64,000 bases of DNA from Methanobacteriota archaeon (GCA_963720465.1 OY970393.1:736001-800000); one strand, 5' to 3'. Positions 10,617-21,743 are shown, counted from the stretch's first letter. Notes: a model not told the origin generated them from the sequence alone. Translations and numbers: made by a program.

Positions 10617-11343
10617 ATGACCATCGCGATAGGAATTAACTTCGGAACCTACGTTTTGCTAGCTGCAGATACTCGCGCTAGTGGCTACAATCTGCATCGC
10701 AACGAAGAACAATGAAGATGATCAAGAGGAGATTTGTTGTACAAATATAGGAATAGTTAGTGGGGTAGGGAGCATCGAACTTCTTGAGCCCGTGAATGCT
10801 AAATTCAACCAGATAGTCGAACTGAGCTCTTCCGATGTACTCGAGAGAATCGTGCGCAAGGAAAGACGTCGTTTCTCAATGCGTTACCCGCAAGTTCCCG
10901 ATGAATACGCCGAGCAAGTCAAAAACACGTGGTGGATTTTCAGTTGTCGACAGCTTAATTATGACAAGAGAGAGCTTACGCTCGAGCTGCGTGTTATAGA
11001 TCTTCTCTCGAAACTTCTGAGGGCGGATAAAAAGAATCATCCTTATTTGTTGCCCGCATTCGGGGCGACTAAACAAGATTTACTTGATATTACAGGTTCT
11101 CTTAAGGGATCGATAAAATCTTATGAGGACTTTGAAAGCTTACGAGATAGCATCGAGTATCACTGGAAAAAAATTCACCTTCTAATACAAGACATTCACC
11201 CCAAGTTTTCTAGTATCAGCTCCTGTAGCCAGGTAGGTTTCTGTACGATAGACGGCATTATAAACAAGTCTAGGATTGCGAAAAATATTGATGGGATTCC
11301 ATCCTTGACAAAGGAACTGATTGCAGCGCCACGTCAAGCTTGA
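10617..11343 (+). pseudogene. Ntn-hydrolase/proteasome-beta-like protein, frameshifted
   Basis: MTIAIGINFGTYVLLAADTR N-terminus, then a shift into ORF 10681-11343 (GIVSGVG). Confidence 0.55.
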
Positions 11344-11503
11344 CCAAAAATAAGAGAGTCAGAAGCTGCATTTTTTGTCAGTTAGCTGATCGCCTTCGCG
11401 ACGACGCACTTCAGCGGGAGGAGCATACCTCATAGAGGCAAGCGCTACGCCAAAAGCACGTTGGTATAGCACAAAAAGCCCTTGAAACGCAGCGGCAGAG
11501 AAT

Positions 11504-11516
11504 CATAACGGTTATG
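11504..11516. promoter_or_regulatory. Palindrome CATAAC-G-GTTATG upstream of the element ORF (candidate operator)
   Basis: Perfect 6-bp inverted repeat 23 bp before ATG 11540. Confidence 0.35.
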
Positions 11517-11539
11517 TTTGACGGCACCTCCAGAAACGC

Positions 11540-11750
11540 ATGCAACCGATCTGCACGCATAAGATAAGCATCCAAAGCTCAAAGCCATCGCATGCCTACC
11601 CCATTATCGGGCTCCCTCGTGAGTTCCGCGAACTGGCTGGTGCAACCGCAGAGATCTATCAAACAAGCTATGACATGGAATCGCTTTCTTAGTGAAGATC
11701 GTCGATCGTTCTAAAAGGAAGCCCATCAAGGGCTCCAATTCAGGAAAGGA
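11540..11750 (+). pseudogene. intN-like ORF, frameshifted copy
   Basis: MQPICTHKISIQSSKPSHAYPIIGLPREFRELAGATAEIYQTSYD / GIAFLVKIV aligns with ORF 65-289. Confidence 0.75.
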
Positions 11751-11795
11751 GCCTTCACACGGCGGAGGTCGCCGGTTCGAATCCGGCCGAGGCCA
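11751..11795 (+). mobile_element. att site: 3' half of tRNA-Val(CAC)
   Basis: gcc-TTCACAC-ggcgg anticodon arm, aggtc, T-arm gccgg-TTCGAAT-ccggc, cgaggcca; no 5' half upstream. Confidence 0.85.
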
Positions 11796-11856
11796 TCGTT
11801 CTTTTTGGGATTTAGAAGAAGCAGCAGTCTCCATCGAGTTTCAAGATTCTGGGTGC

Positions 11857-11889
11857 AAGTTGTCTACTTCGAGCGAAAAGTTGTCTACT
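11857..11889 (+). repeat. 12-bp direct repeat AAGTTGTCTACT x2 at a 21-bp period
   Basis: 11857-11868 and 11878-11889, between att and the recombinase. Confidence 0.8.
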
Positions 11890-11899
11890 CCGCCTGTAG

Positions 11900-12834
11900 A
11901 TGGTCACGCCATCATTAGCAACATTATTACTTGATTTTAAGATCGGCAAACTATGTAGCTACACAGAAGCACGTGCAATAGGTTTGGCTCGGAAATCTGT
12001 CGATTGGATCAATCGCGCTTCAAAGATCTTCTAGCGAGCTACACACAGAAAGATCACTAAGGTTTCAATGGATCGTCTTCGGTCTTATGTGTTAGAGAAA
12101 TACCAGAGCTCGTGGTCAAAGAGTAAGATTCTAACTTTCGCAAAAGCATTTTTGGCATATCTCACGAAGACGCGGCTTGATACCTCGTATCAAGCTTTCA
12201 GCATCTTCCTTGAGCTGCCCAAAGTGGTCAAAGAGCGAGAGAATGTGACAAGCAGGATTGTCACTAAAAAAGACGTAGAGCGGATTCTTGACCATATACA
12301 TCGCGCAGAGTGTCACGGAATTATTAGCACGTCGAGAGCGGAGCAGTACACGGCATTCACTGTTTTTGGCGCATTCACAGGCCAGCGAAGCATGGCAACG
12401 ATGATGAAGCTCCCGTTGGCCAATTGGGCGAGGCCTTACGGGCTCCGAAACCAGTGCTGCAAATAGAGCCGTCTCAAGACAAGATTCGCATGGAACACTA
12501 TGTTCCATTGCACCCACAGGTTATTGAAACTCTTCAACCACTGCTCGACGGGCGGCATGATGATGAGCTGATGTTCCGCCACGGTTCGTTCTGGATGTGG
12601 GCCAAACGGCAGCGAATCCTCATGTCGCAGTTCAAAGGCCATTTCGTGCTCGGCGATCTTCGCAAGTTTTGCGAGCAGCATGGCGACGCCATCGGCTAGG
12701 ATCAGTCGAACCGCGCATATATTATGACGCACGGGGTGAGCGGCATCGATTGGAAGCACTATAAGCATCCGCTTCCTGAGAACGTGTATGACGTGTATAT
12801 AAAGCATTGGCAAAATACCCAGCTAGGCAACTAA
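11900..12834 (+). pseudogene. Tyrosine recombinase/integrase, near full-length, inactivated
   Basis: FTGQR (R), QDKI (K), GDLRKF, THG, HYKH (Y); TAG at 12032 and 12697, 1-bp frameshift near 12412. Confidence 0.88.
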
Positions 12835-13186
12835 GTCTCGGCAATGTTCAGCAGCTAGCATAATACTTGTGCGTTGAACTCTGAGCACTTAATCGTTCTG
12901 ACTAGCCGCGCGCGGCTTAGCACAAATTATATGTTATGATCATAATCTCCTCGAAACGCTGCTGTATCAGTCACCACTTGAAGTGGTAAGATCTCAGCAT
13001 CAATTCAAGAATGTGAGTACCACATTAACACGACGGCAGTTTATCCAAGGCTCAATGATCAGGGCCTGCAGGACGTGCGGATGAGCCGGGCTAACGTCGT
13101 CCCTTAATTTTTTATATCGTTAATCCGAATGACAATTCATCAACCGGAAATGGAGAATTCAAGATACTTGATTGAGGGATGAGGAT

Positions 13187-13669
13187 ATGGCAGAAGGCAC
13201 TTCGAAGGCAGGCAGCACCAAGGTGTTGCTAAACACCAGCATGGGGGACATCACCCTGGAGCTTTTTAATGACATGCCCATTACCGCAGGCAACTTCCGA
13301 AAGCTGGTGGAGAAGGGATTCTACGACGGCACCATCTTCCACCGGATCATCGACGGTTTCATGATACAGGGCGGGGACTCCACGGGCACTGGCCGGGGTG
13401 GACCGGGGTACGCTATCAACGATGAGTTCTCTCATCACAACCGCAACGACCGGGGGACCATTGCCATGGCCAACGCCGGTCCGAACACGGGCGGCAGCCA
13501 GTTCTTTATCAACCTGGTAAACAACAACTACCTGGACCAAGCTCATCCGGTCTTCGGCAAGGTTATTGCGGGAATGGATGTGGCTGAGAAGATGGGCAAA
13601 GTGAAGACTGACGCTATGGACCGGCCGGCGAAAGAGGTGAAGATAATAGGTGCGAAGATCGCAGATTAA
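13187..13669 (+). CDS. Cyclophilin-type peptidyl-prolyl isomerase
   Basis: FHRIIDGFMIQGGD, AMANAGPNTGGSQFFIN, HPVFG. Confidence 0.95.
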   Translation: MAEGTSKAGSTKVLLNTSMGDITLELFNDMPITAGNFRKLVEKGFYDGTIFHRIIDGFMIQGGDSTGTGRGGPGYAINDEFSHHNRNDRGTIAMANAGPNTGGSQFFINLVNNNYLDQAHPVFGKVIAGMDVAEKMGKVKTDAMDRPAKEVKIIGAKIAD

Positions 13670-13874
13670 TTTTTTTAAGCTAGAAATAGGGCGTGTACTT
13701 TCTTGACTTGATATTTATCCGTTACTGCCGCTCGTCATAGGTTTGGGAGCAGCGATGGATTCCAGTCTTTGTGCATCGAAATCTTGGCGTAGGCAGCAAA
13801 GGAACTGCGATCGGCCCATAAGGCGTCGCAAGATATTATTACGAGAACGGTAACTCCCCTTCTGGAGGACGCAC

Positions 13875-14201
13875 ATGAGAAAGCTCAATGAGAAGGATGT
13901 GGAGATCTTAAGGAAGCTTGCCCCGGAGGCGAGCATACCCACCCATTATCGCTCCATCCTGCCACCGGTCTCCATGCATTTTGCAGCCGACGATGAGGAT
14001 TTACAGGACCGGCTAAAGAGGCTCTCAACAGAGGACCTCAAGTATCTGGCCGACCGCATCCTGGACGGCTCAGAGTGCTTGTTGTGCATCTCCCCAGAGG
14101 CTGCCGGGACGTTTCTAGACCTGCTGGAGGAGAGACTGCCCGGCGATACTGCGAAAAGCATAAGAGAGCAGTACAATTCGGCCACAGGATATGATGTCTA
14201 A
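13875..14201 (+). CDS. Hypothetical protein
   Basis: ORF with ggagg SD. Confidence 0.7.
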   Translation: MRKLNEKDVEILRKLAPEASIPTHYRSILPPVSMHFAADDEDLQDRLKRLSTEDLKYLADRILDGSECLLCISPEAAGTFLDLLEERLPGDTAKSIREQYNSATGYDV

Positions 14202-14266
14202 AGGATCTCTTTTCTCGGAAATCCTACGCGGCTCTGATACTGGGACCAAACCAGGATTTGAGAGCG

Positions 14267-14362
14267 ATGGATACGTCAAAGATGCTCAGCCTCCGTCTTT
14301 ATAATTCGGGTCTGGGTCATTCCCCGTTCGAAAATGCCATCGATGCAGTCTCCCACTTGGGT
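14267..14362 (+). pseudogene. N-terminal fragment resembling an AlkZ/YcaQ-like winged-helix protein
   Basis: LRLYNSGL...AIDAVSHLG, then abrupt loss of similarity. Confidence 0.45.
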
Positions 14363-14841
14363 CACGTTTTTCCCGACGGGCCCGCGCCGAGGCGCTCCGC
14401 GCTGCACAGCTTGCAGTCAAAGCGAAGTACCCTGATCCCTACTTCTGGGGGGTGTTCATCTGTCAGGGTGATCCCGCTCCACTCTCGTAAGAGGATGATC
14501 AAGCGACAAGCCTATTTTTCAGACCGAATGAAAACGATCCATATACAGGTAGATCACGTGCCCGGGTGCGAGACAAATTAGCCAACCGCGTTGGAAAGTT
14601 GATCTGACCATGTGCGTTGATCAAGATCCTTTATACGGCGTCTCGCAGAAGGAGCGAGTAAACTTAGTACTTGGCTGAAGAATGTATTGGCTAAAATACG
14701 TAGACGGATTCTGCTCACTTGGGTTAGACGTTGCATGTGCACCAACAAAGGAGAAAAACGCATCAGGTCATGTTCTCGAGCACAACTAGCAGCTGGACTA
14801 GTAAACAATTTGAATAAAAAAAGCGGGTTAAGGAGGTTAAT

Positions 14842-16263
14842 ATGACCAATAAGTTCCGCAAGGAGACAGATAGTTTAGGTGAAGTTAACGTACCTTCTGA
14901 CAAGTTGTGGGGGGCGCAAACACAACGTTCGTTGGAGCATTTCAGTATCGGCGGCGACTTAATGCCAAGAGAAATGATTGAATCCTACGCTATATTAAAA
15001 AAGGCAGCGGCTATAGTGAATTTCCAGCTCGGCCAGCTGACTGAGGACCGCCGGGATTTGATAGTCCAAGTGTGTGATGAAATTCTAGCCGGTCAACATC
15101 AGGATCAGTTTCCTCTTTATGTGTGGATGACTGGAAGCGGGACTCATTTCAACATGAATGTGAATGAAGTAATTTCCAATCGCTGCTCACAGTTAACGGG
15201 AAATCCGCTGGGCAGTAAAATGCCAGTGCATCCCAATGATCATGTTAATAGGTCCCAGTCTTCAAATGACTCATTTCCATCTGCCATGCATGTCGCCGCA
15301 GTAAAAAACATAAATCAACGATTGATACCGTCCGTGAAACATTTACGTGATTCATTGCACGCCAAGGCAGAAGAATGGAAGAAGATTGTAAAGGTTGGTC
15401 GTACCCATATGCAGGATGCTACTCCCATCACTTTGGGACAGGAATTTTCTGGTTATGCGGGTCTGTTAGATGGTAATCTAGAACGTTTAGAGAATAACAT
15501 GCAAGACGTGTATCATTTGGCTTTGGGAGGCACTGCTGTCGGGACGGGAATTAATGCCCCTCCGGGATTTGATAAAAAAGTGGCAGCTGAAATCGCAAGA
15601 CAAACTGGCCTTCCCTTTATAACCGCGCCCAACAAATTCGCCGTTCAAGGTTCTCATGATGCTCTGGTTATGCTGAGCGGCAGCCTAAAAACCCTGGCAA
15701 TCTCTCTATTTAAAATTGCTAATGATATTCGTATCTTAAGTTCTGGGCCGCGTTGTGGGTTAAATGAACTCAATATTCCATCTAATGAGCCCGGGTCTTC
15801 CATCATGCCCGGGAAAGTCAATCCGTCCCAATGTGAAGCTCTGGCCATGGTGGCCATTCAGGTGATGGCTAATGATACGGCAGTGGCTTTTGGCGGAGGG
15901 GGTGGTTATCTGGAGATGAATGTCTATAAACCGCTGATAATCCACAACATCATGCATTCCGTCCGAATTATGGCAGACGCATGCCATAACTTCCGGTTGT
16001 TCCTGGTGGAGGGGACTGAAGCTAATAAAAAGCAGATCAACAACTTCTTAGAACGATCGCTCACGCTAGTGACTGCCCTTAGCCCTGTTATTGGTTATGA
16101 CAAAGCATCAAAAGTGGCCCACTATGCACTGGATAATGATCTAACGCTTAAGGAAGCTGTTTTGGAGCTTGAATGTCTTCAGGAGGACGAATTTGACCGT
16201 GTGGCCGATCCAGGGAAGATGGTGTATCCCCGTGTCGCTCAGTATGGAGGCGAGGATAAATAG
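14842..16263 (+). CDS. fumC: Class II fumarate hydratase
   Basis: [11 protein letters not shown] signature, [15 protein letters not shown]; aggaggt SD. Confidence 0.97.
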   Translation: MTNKFRKETDSLGEVNVPSDKLWGAQTQRSLEHFSIGGDLMPREMIESYAILKKAAAIVNFQLGQLTEDRRDLIVQVCDEILAGQHQDQFPLYVWMTGSGTHFNMNVNEVISNRCSQLTGNPLGSKMPVHPNDHVNRSQSSNDSFPSAMHVAAVKNINQRLIPSVKHLRDSLHAKAEEWKKIVKVGRTHMQDATPITLGQEFSGYAGLLDGNLERLENNMQDVYHLALGGTAVGTGINAPPGFDKKVAAEIARQTGLPFITAPNKFAVQGSHDALVMLSGSLKTLAISLFKIANDIRILSSGPRCGLNELNIPSNEPGSSIMPGKVNPSQCEALAMVAIQVMANDTAVAFGGGGGYLEMNVYKPLIIHNIMHSVRIMADACHNFRLFLVEGTEANKKQINNFLERSLTLVTALSPVIGYDKASKVAHYALDNDLTLKEAVLELECLQEDEFDRVADPGKMVYPRVAQYGGEDK

Positions 16264-16337
16264 ACGGTGGAAACGGTCAAAAACGTTTATTCAATAATGA
16301 TGAGTCCTTTTTTCGCGTTGAAAATGGGGGTCTTATA

Positions 16338-18041
16338 GTGATTCATCGCCACGATGTTCTCATCATCGGAGGAGGATTAACTGGACTTCGAGCTGCCCTG
16401 CGTGTCTCAGATGCCGGTCTAAACGGGGCGGTAGTTTCCAAGGTCCATCCGTTGCGTTCTCATTCGGTGGCAGCCCAGGGTGGGATGAATGCCTCACTGG
16501 GGAATGTCAAAGGCGAGGACGGTACGAAGGACAGCTGGAAAAACCACGCTTATGATACGGTGAAAGGATCGGATTATCTAGCCGACCAGGACGCCGTTGA
16601 ACGCTTGTGTCGTGAGGCCCCTAGCGCCGTCATCGAACTGGAACACATGGGAACGGTGTGGTCAAGACTGGCAGACGGAAAAATTGCACAGCGCCCTTTC
16701 GGAGGGGCAGGATTTCCCAGAACGTGTTACGCAGCAGATCGCACCGGTCACAACGCGCTCCACACCCTCTACGAGCACCTATCGGGTCGGCAAATCCCGG
16801 TCTATGAAGAGTTTTTTGTAACATCACTAGTAACTAAAGACGGACGTTGCATTGGATGCACGGCTTTGGAGCTCATGACCGGCCAGGTCCACGGCTTCCT
16901 CGCAAAGGCAGTCCTTATGGCCTCTGGCGGCTTTGGCCGGATATTCAACAAGTCGACAAACGCGTTAATTAACACCGGAGACGGTCCGGCACTAGCGCTC
17001 CGTGCGGGTGCACTACTCAAGGATATGGAGTTTGTCCAGTTCCATCCTACCACCCTCTATGGGACGAACATTTTAATCACAGAAGGGGCCCGCGGCGAAG
17101 GAGGTATCCTCCTCAACCAGAATGGAGAGCGGTTCATGGAACGCTACGCTCCCAATTCGGTTGACCTTGCCCCGCGTGATGTGGTGGCACGGTCTATCGA
17201 ACAGGAAATCGCAGAGGGAAGAGGTTATGATGGAGGTTATGTACACCTTGACCTGCGCCATCTGGGTGCTGATCGGATCACGGAACGGTTGCCAGGAATA
17301 AGGCAGATAGCCATGGATTTTGCGGGTGTCGATCCGATCCAAGATCCGGTACCAGTCCAGCCTGGTCAGCACTACTCAATGGGCGGTATTGATGCGGATA
17401 TCAACGGCGCAACCGCGCTTCCGGGTCTCTATGCTGCAGGTGAATGTGCCTGCATCAGTGTCCATGGGGCCAACCGGTTGGGTGGAAATTCTCTCGTGGA
17501 AACGGTGGTATTCGGACGGCTAGTGGCCGAGAAGATCATTGAGGATGTAGAGGAGATGACCCTTGCCAATGATGAGCCGGTAAAAGCCGCCATAAAGAGT
17601 ACAAATGATAGAATCGAAGGAATACTTCGACGTGAAGGAGGAGAACCCGTCTTTAGGATTAAGGATATGATGACCAATACCATGTCCAACAAATTCGGAA
17701 TATTCCGTGAAAAACAGAAGATGCGGGAAGGTCTCGACGAGATTAAAAAAATACAGGAACAAGTTGGTCACGTTTCAGTCCAGAATAAGGAGCGCAAACT
17801 AAACCAGGCACTTATCAGGTTCTTAGAGCTGGAGGGAATGCTCCTGCTGGCTGAGGCAGTCGCGCGTGGTGCGCTTGCCCGGGAGGAGAGCCGAGGTTCC
17901 CACAAGAGGACCGATTATCCTGAACGTGACGATCTTAACTTCCTAAAACACACTCTGGTGGGATTGCGAGACGACGCAATACATGTTTCATATAAGCCCG
18001 TTACGTTAGGCGTGTTTGAGCCAAGGGAGCGCGTTTATTAA
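16338..18041 (+). CDS. sdhA: Succinate dehydrogenase/fumarate reductase flavoprotein
   Basis: RSHSVAAQGG FAD-His motif, QFHPT, HYSMGG, HGANRLGGNSL. Confidence 0.95.
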   Translation: MIHRHDVLIIGGGLTGLRAALRVSDAGLNGAVVSKVHPLRSHSVAAQGGMNASLGNVKGEDGTKDSWKNHAYDTVKGSDYLADQDAVERLCREAPSAVIELEHMGTVWSRLADGKIAQRPFGGAGFPRTCYAADRTGHNALHTLYEHLSGRQIPVYEEFFVTSLVTKDGRCIGCTALELMTGQVHGFLAKAVLMASGGFGRIFNKSTNALINTGDGPALALRAGALLKDMEFVQFHPTTLYGTNILITEGARGEGGILLNQNGERFMERYAPNSVDLAPRDVVARSIEQEIAEGRGYDGGYVHLDLRHLGADRITERLPGIRQIAMDFAGVDPIQDPVPVQPGQHYSMGGIDADINGATALPGLYAAGECACISVHGANRLGGNSLVETVVFGRLVAEKIIEDVEEMTLANDEPVKAAIKSTNDRIEGILRREGGEPVFRIKDMMTNTMSNKFGIFREKQKMREGLDEIKKIQEQVGHVSVQNKERKLNQALIRFLELEGMLLLAEAVARGALAREESRGSHKRTDYPERDDLNFLKHTLVGLRDDAIHVSYKPVTLGVFEPRERVY

Positions 18042-18805
18042 TGAAACTCAAAGTGTACCGATACCATGAGGGAATGGCTGCGCCCCGTTACGATACCTTT
18101 CAGCTGGTGCCAAGTCCAGCAATGACGGTGTTAGAGGCTTTAGTCCAGTTCCAGGAAAAACTCGACGATTCGCTCGCATTTCGTTATTCCTGCCGTGGAG
18201 CAGTCTGTGGAACTTGTGCGATGTTAATCAACAGAGTCCCCCGGCTTGCGTGCCGTACCCAAGTGGAATCTCTCCTGAAGGGAAATCTCAAGGTCGCTAT
18301 TGCCCCATACCCGGCTATTGGGGAAACTGTGCCCTGGGACCCCGAAGAAGAGGTTTTAGTAGAGCCCCTCCCCCATTTGCCTGTAATTAGGGATCTCATT
18401 GTGGACATGGGCATATTTTTCCAGTACTACCGGTTCATAGCACCAGTCTTCCGACCATCGGATCCAGATCCTGAAAAGGAGCGAATTATGGATCCTGCTG
18501 CAGTTAAGAAGCTAGAGACGTATACCAACTGTGTTCTCTGTGCCGCTTGTCACGCGGCCTGTCCCGTTGTAGGACAAAATCCCGAATACCTTGGACCTGC
18601 TGCCCTAGCCAAACTCTACCGGTTCCACGTTGACCCTAGGGATGTTGATGGAGACTCAACACTAAAACGAGCAGATATCCCCAATGGGTGGTGGGCCTGT
18701 GACTTGTATGGGAACTGTAATCGGGTGTGTCCCAAAGGCGTTCCCCCGAGAACCGCTATCGAAAAAGCTGTGGCAGCACTAAACAAAGAAAAAAAAGAAG
18801 CTTAA
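18041..18805 (+). CDS. sdhB: Succinate dehydrogenase/fumarate reductase Fe-S subunit
   Basis: SCRGAVCGTC, CVLCAACHAACP, CDLYGNCNRVCP. Confidence 0.93.
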   Translation: MKLKVYRYHEGMAAPRYDTFQLVPSPAMTVLEALVQFQEKLDDSLAFRYSCRGAVCGTCAMLINRVPRLACRTQVESLLKGNLKVAIAPYPAIGETVPWDPEEEVLVEPLPHLPVIRDLIVDMGIFFQYYRFIAPVFRPSDPDPEKERIMDPAAVKKLETYTNCVLCAACHAACPVVGQNPEYLGPAALAKLYRFHVDPRDVDGDSTLKRADIPNGWWACDLYGNCNRVCPKGVPPRTAIEKAVAALNKEKKEA

Positions 18806-19081
18806 TAGACAAAATTTGTCCCAAAAAAGATCCTTTTCGAAATGGAATCTATCCTTATTTTCATTGATTTGGCAGGAAATCTGAAATGAAATAACGCGTA
18901 TGAAATGCCATCTTTTTGTTTATAATGCGGAAAGGAAGATCAAAAAATGAACCTTAAACCCGGCAGTAAGGGGAGGATATTCCAGATACCTACCGTGCTC
19001 TGTCTGCGGAGCAAAATCCTATCTGCATCCAGTTAGCAATGACAGAGTCTCCGCAAAAAGGGTGGACAAGGGGGGAAACCT

Positions 19082-20133
19082 GTGGAAAGGGATTTGACTT
19101 ATTACCGTCATCGAGCCAGGGAGATGCTCGCTCGCGTGTGTGGTGTTTACCCAGTGTGCGACGGTGACCCGGATCATCTATGCACCGGACAAAAATATGG
19201 AGCGCCTATCGGCTTAGGGGGCGCAGGACAGGCCAAGACATTTGAGGCAAACTATAGAGCCCTGCAACAGTACCGGCTGAAAATGCGGGTGATCAAGGCC
19301 CATCACGAACCAGAAATGTCCGTTTCAATCTTTGGGAAGGAGCTCGCCGCCCCGGTTATGGGGGCGGCCATCTCCGGCGTGAAAAACAACATGAATGATG
19401 CCATGCCCGAAGAAGAATTTTATTGGGGTCTGTTAAAGGGAGCTCAGGCGTTCGGGACTATCGGCATGGTGGGAAACACCCCTACCAGTCCCGAAGACTT
19501 GGGGGTCACCACCGTAGGGAAGAACGAGGGATGGGGAATCCCATTCTTCAAACCCCAGTCCCAGGATCGGTTAATTAAGCTCTTCCAGCTGGCAGAGAAA
19601 CTGGATGTGATTGCCATTGGCGTTGATCTGGAAGGTGCGGGGTCTACTTCTTGGATCACTCCCGAGAAAAGGGTTTACCGGAAAAGTGAGGATAATTTAA
19701 AGGAATTAGTAGAGTGCACCAGTAAACCCGTGATCTTCAAGGGTATTATGAGCACGGAAGACGCGGTTAAGGTGGTGGATTCCGGTGCCAGTGCATGTTA
19801 CGTATCTAATCACGGGGGCAGAGTCCTAGACTGCGGCCAGGGAGTGGCAGAGGTACTCCTGATATAGCAGAGGAGATTTCAGGAAAGATCCCTATACTGG
19901 CGGATGGAACGGTGCGAACGGGATTTGACGTCCTCAAGATCAGGGCGCTTGGCGCGGATGTAGCCCTGATCGGCCGGCCCCTCGCACAAGTGTGTATTGG
20001 TGGGGGATACATGGCCGTGAAGATGTATTTTGATTATGTTAAGGATGATCTTCGCCGAGCCATGCTATTGACAGGATGCGATACGCTCAAAGACGCAAAC
20101 ATGAGTATTTTGGATAGATTGGGGCATCTGTAA
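19082..20133 (+). pseudogene. FMN-dependent alpha-hydroxy-acid oxidase/dehydrogenase with one frameshift (~19858)
   Basis: KGIM, VSNHGGRVLD, then ILADG.VRTG.DV.K..ALGA...GRP in the shifted frame. Confidence 0.85.
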
Positions 20134-20140
20134 TCCAATA

Positions 20141-20166
20141 TTCAAAGAACGTTTTGTTTCTTTGAA
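20141..20166. terminator. Hairpin downstream of the oxidase gene
   Basis: ttcaaagaa...ttctttgaa. Confidence 0.4.
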
Positions 20167-20424
20167 AGAATCTATTCCTGAGATGTGACTCGGACACAGT
20201 CTCGCTGTCCGGCTTATCAAAGACATTCGGACAACTTACCGTCGTCGTAACCGTTCAAACGAAACGGGCGTAAGGTGTAGCACAAAGTCGCAAAAAAAGC
20301 AGGCGCAATATAGATGCGTCCCGCAGCGGCTTTGATGGCGGGATGATGTAGTCAAGGTATTGCCAGTGAAAGGGTGGACAATCACCTCCTGTCCACTCTT
20401 TTGCATCGCTCAGCACGTGCCAAT

Positions 20425-20632
20425 TCAGAAATACCCTCTCCCACCGTCTATGAAAAAAATGGCGATGGTAGGTATGAACGTCTCAGGGAGGGCCGTACCG
20501 ATTGCAGCTAGTATATCCCACCACACTCTCCGAGAGCTTGAATTTGCGCCCGATCCACTCGATCCCGTTGGTGGAGAGATCACAGCTGATGAAGACGAGC
20601 AGAATGCTGATGAGGAAGAGTGCAATATTCAT
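20425..20632 (-). pseudogene. Na+/Ca2+ antiporter (CaCA family), N-terminal fragment
   Basis: NGIEWIG...SESVVG / ILAAIGTALPE alpha-repeat; frameshifted and truncated. Confidence 0.75.
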
Positions 20633-20801
20633 GCGTGCCCCTCTATGATGCAACCTCCAGTTAAATAGCTTTCTCGCCTCTGAACTGAAATTAGGAGCAG
20701 GAATGTAGACTAACGATGATTCGGCGGGCAAACTTGATAAAACGAGCAATACATGACTAGACTCTCGAAGTTGCGCAGAAATCTCTCTTGGAGAAGCAAA
20801 A

Positions 20802-21236
20802 ATGAAAAAACACGCAATCTTAGGAATCTGCGTGATCGCAGCGATCTTGATCGCCGGCTGTACGCAAAGTACGCAAAGCGGACAGACGGCAGGATTGGGA
20901 AATCATGTTATCAGCACTGCGAATCAGAACAACGTCACCGTCAAAAATTATCAGTTTAATCCTCAGTTCTTGACGATTCCGCAAGGAGCAAACGTGACGT
21001 GGATCAATCAGGATTCGTCGAGTGGTGCATACGGCGGATCAACTTCGATTCAGCATCAAATAACCTCAAATAATTCGGCGTTTGCACAGTCAGCGCCTCT
21101 TAACAACGGAGACAGTTACACGGTGCAGTTCAATCAAACCGGGACGTTCCCGTATCATTGCGCGATTCACACCTATATGACGGGAACGATCACCGTCGTC
21201 GCAAGGAACGTGACAACGACAACAGCGGCAATGTAA
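20802..21236 (+). CDS. Cupredoxin (plastocyanin/halocyanin-like) lipoprotein
   Basis: Lipobox IAGC, F.P..L.I..G.NVTW.N, H ligand, YHCAIH.YM. Confidence 0.9.
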   Translation: MKKHAILGICVIAAILIAGCTQSTQSGQTAGLGNHVISTANQNNVTVKNYQFNPQFLTIPQGANVTWINQDSSSGAYGGSTSIQHQITSNNSAFAQSAPLNNGDSYTVQFNQTGTFPYHCAIHTYMTGTITVVARNVTTTTAAM

Positions 21237-21743
21237 AGAGATTAAGAAAGAAATGGTCGGATTAAGATTCGTCCCTCACGGCGGGGGTGTTAAGCGACGT
21301 CAGATGGCTCAAGTCTCTGGGATTCGATTCCTCGCCATAATCACGCAAATGGATGGTATTATGAGCACGCAAGACGCGCAATCATCGTCGAAAACGCTAT
21401 TGCTTGACGTATGTTGGATACGAACTGCAAGCGGAGATATTGATTAAGGAGGGCATAGGGGAGTCTGTTGACGGAACTATGCCACAATGCTATCATTTGA
21501 GACCACCACTAAGTGAAGCAGGGCAAAGGATAGGGTTGGTCAAGCATATATGATTGACCCGATGCGAGAGGACGTTTTTAGGACAATTTTACATGTTTTG
21601 AGAAGTGATGGCCGCGGCCACAACGCTGGTTGATTTTCAACTTTTACGGTTAGTAGTATCGTAACAAGAGAGCGCGGCCAAAACAAATAGAAGCAATATG
21701 TGGCCGCTGCGAAGTCACGCCGCTTTTTCTTAAGGTTGCTCCT

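Noticed and set aside
11751-11795. Functional tRNA-Val gene
   Set aside because: No D-arm or 5' acceptor strand upstream; treated as an att site
21270-21288. att-like cgtccctcacggcgggggt as a feature
   Set aside because: Too short and degenerate to call; mentioned only as doubtful
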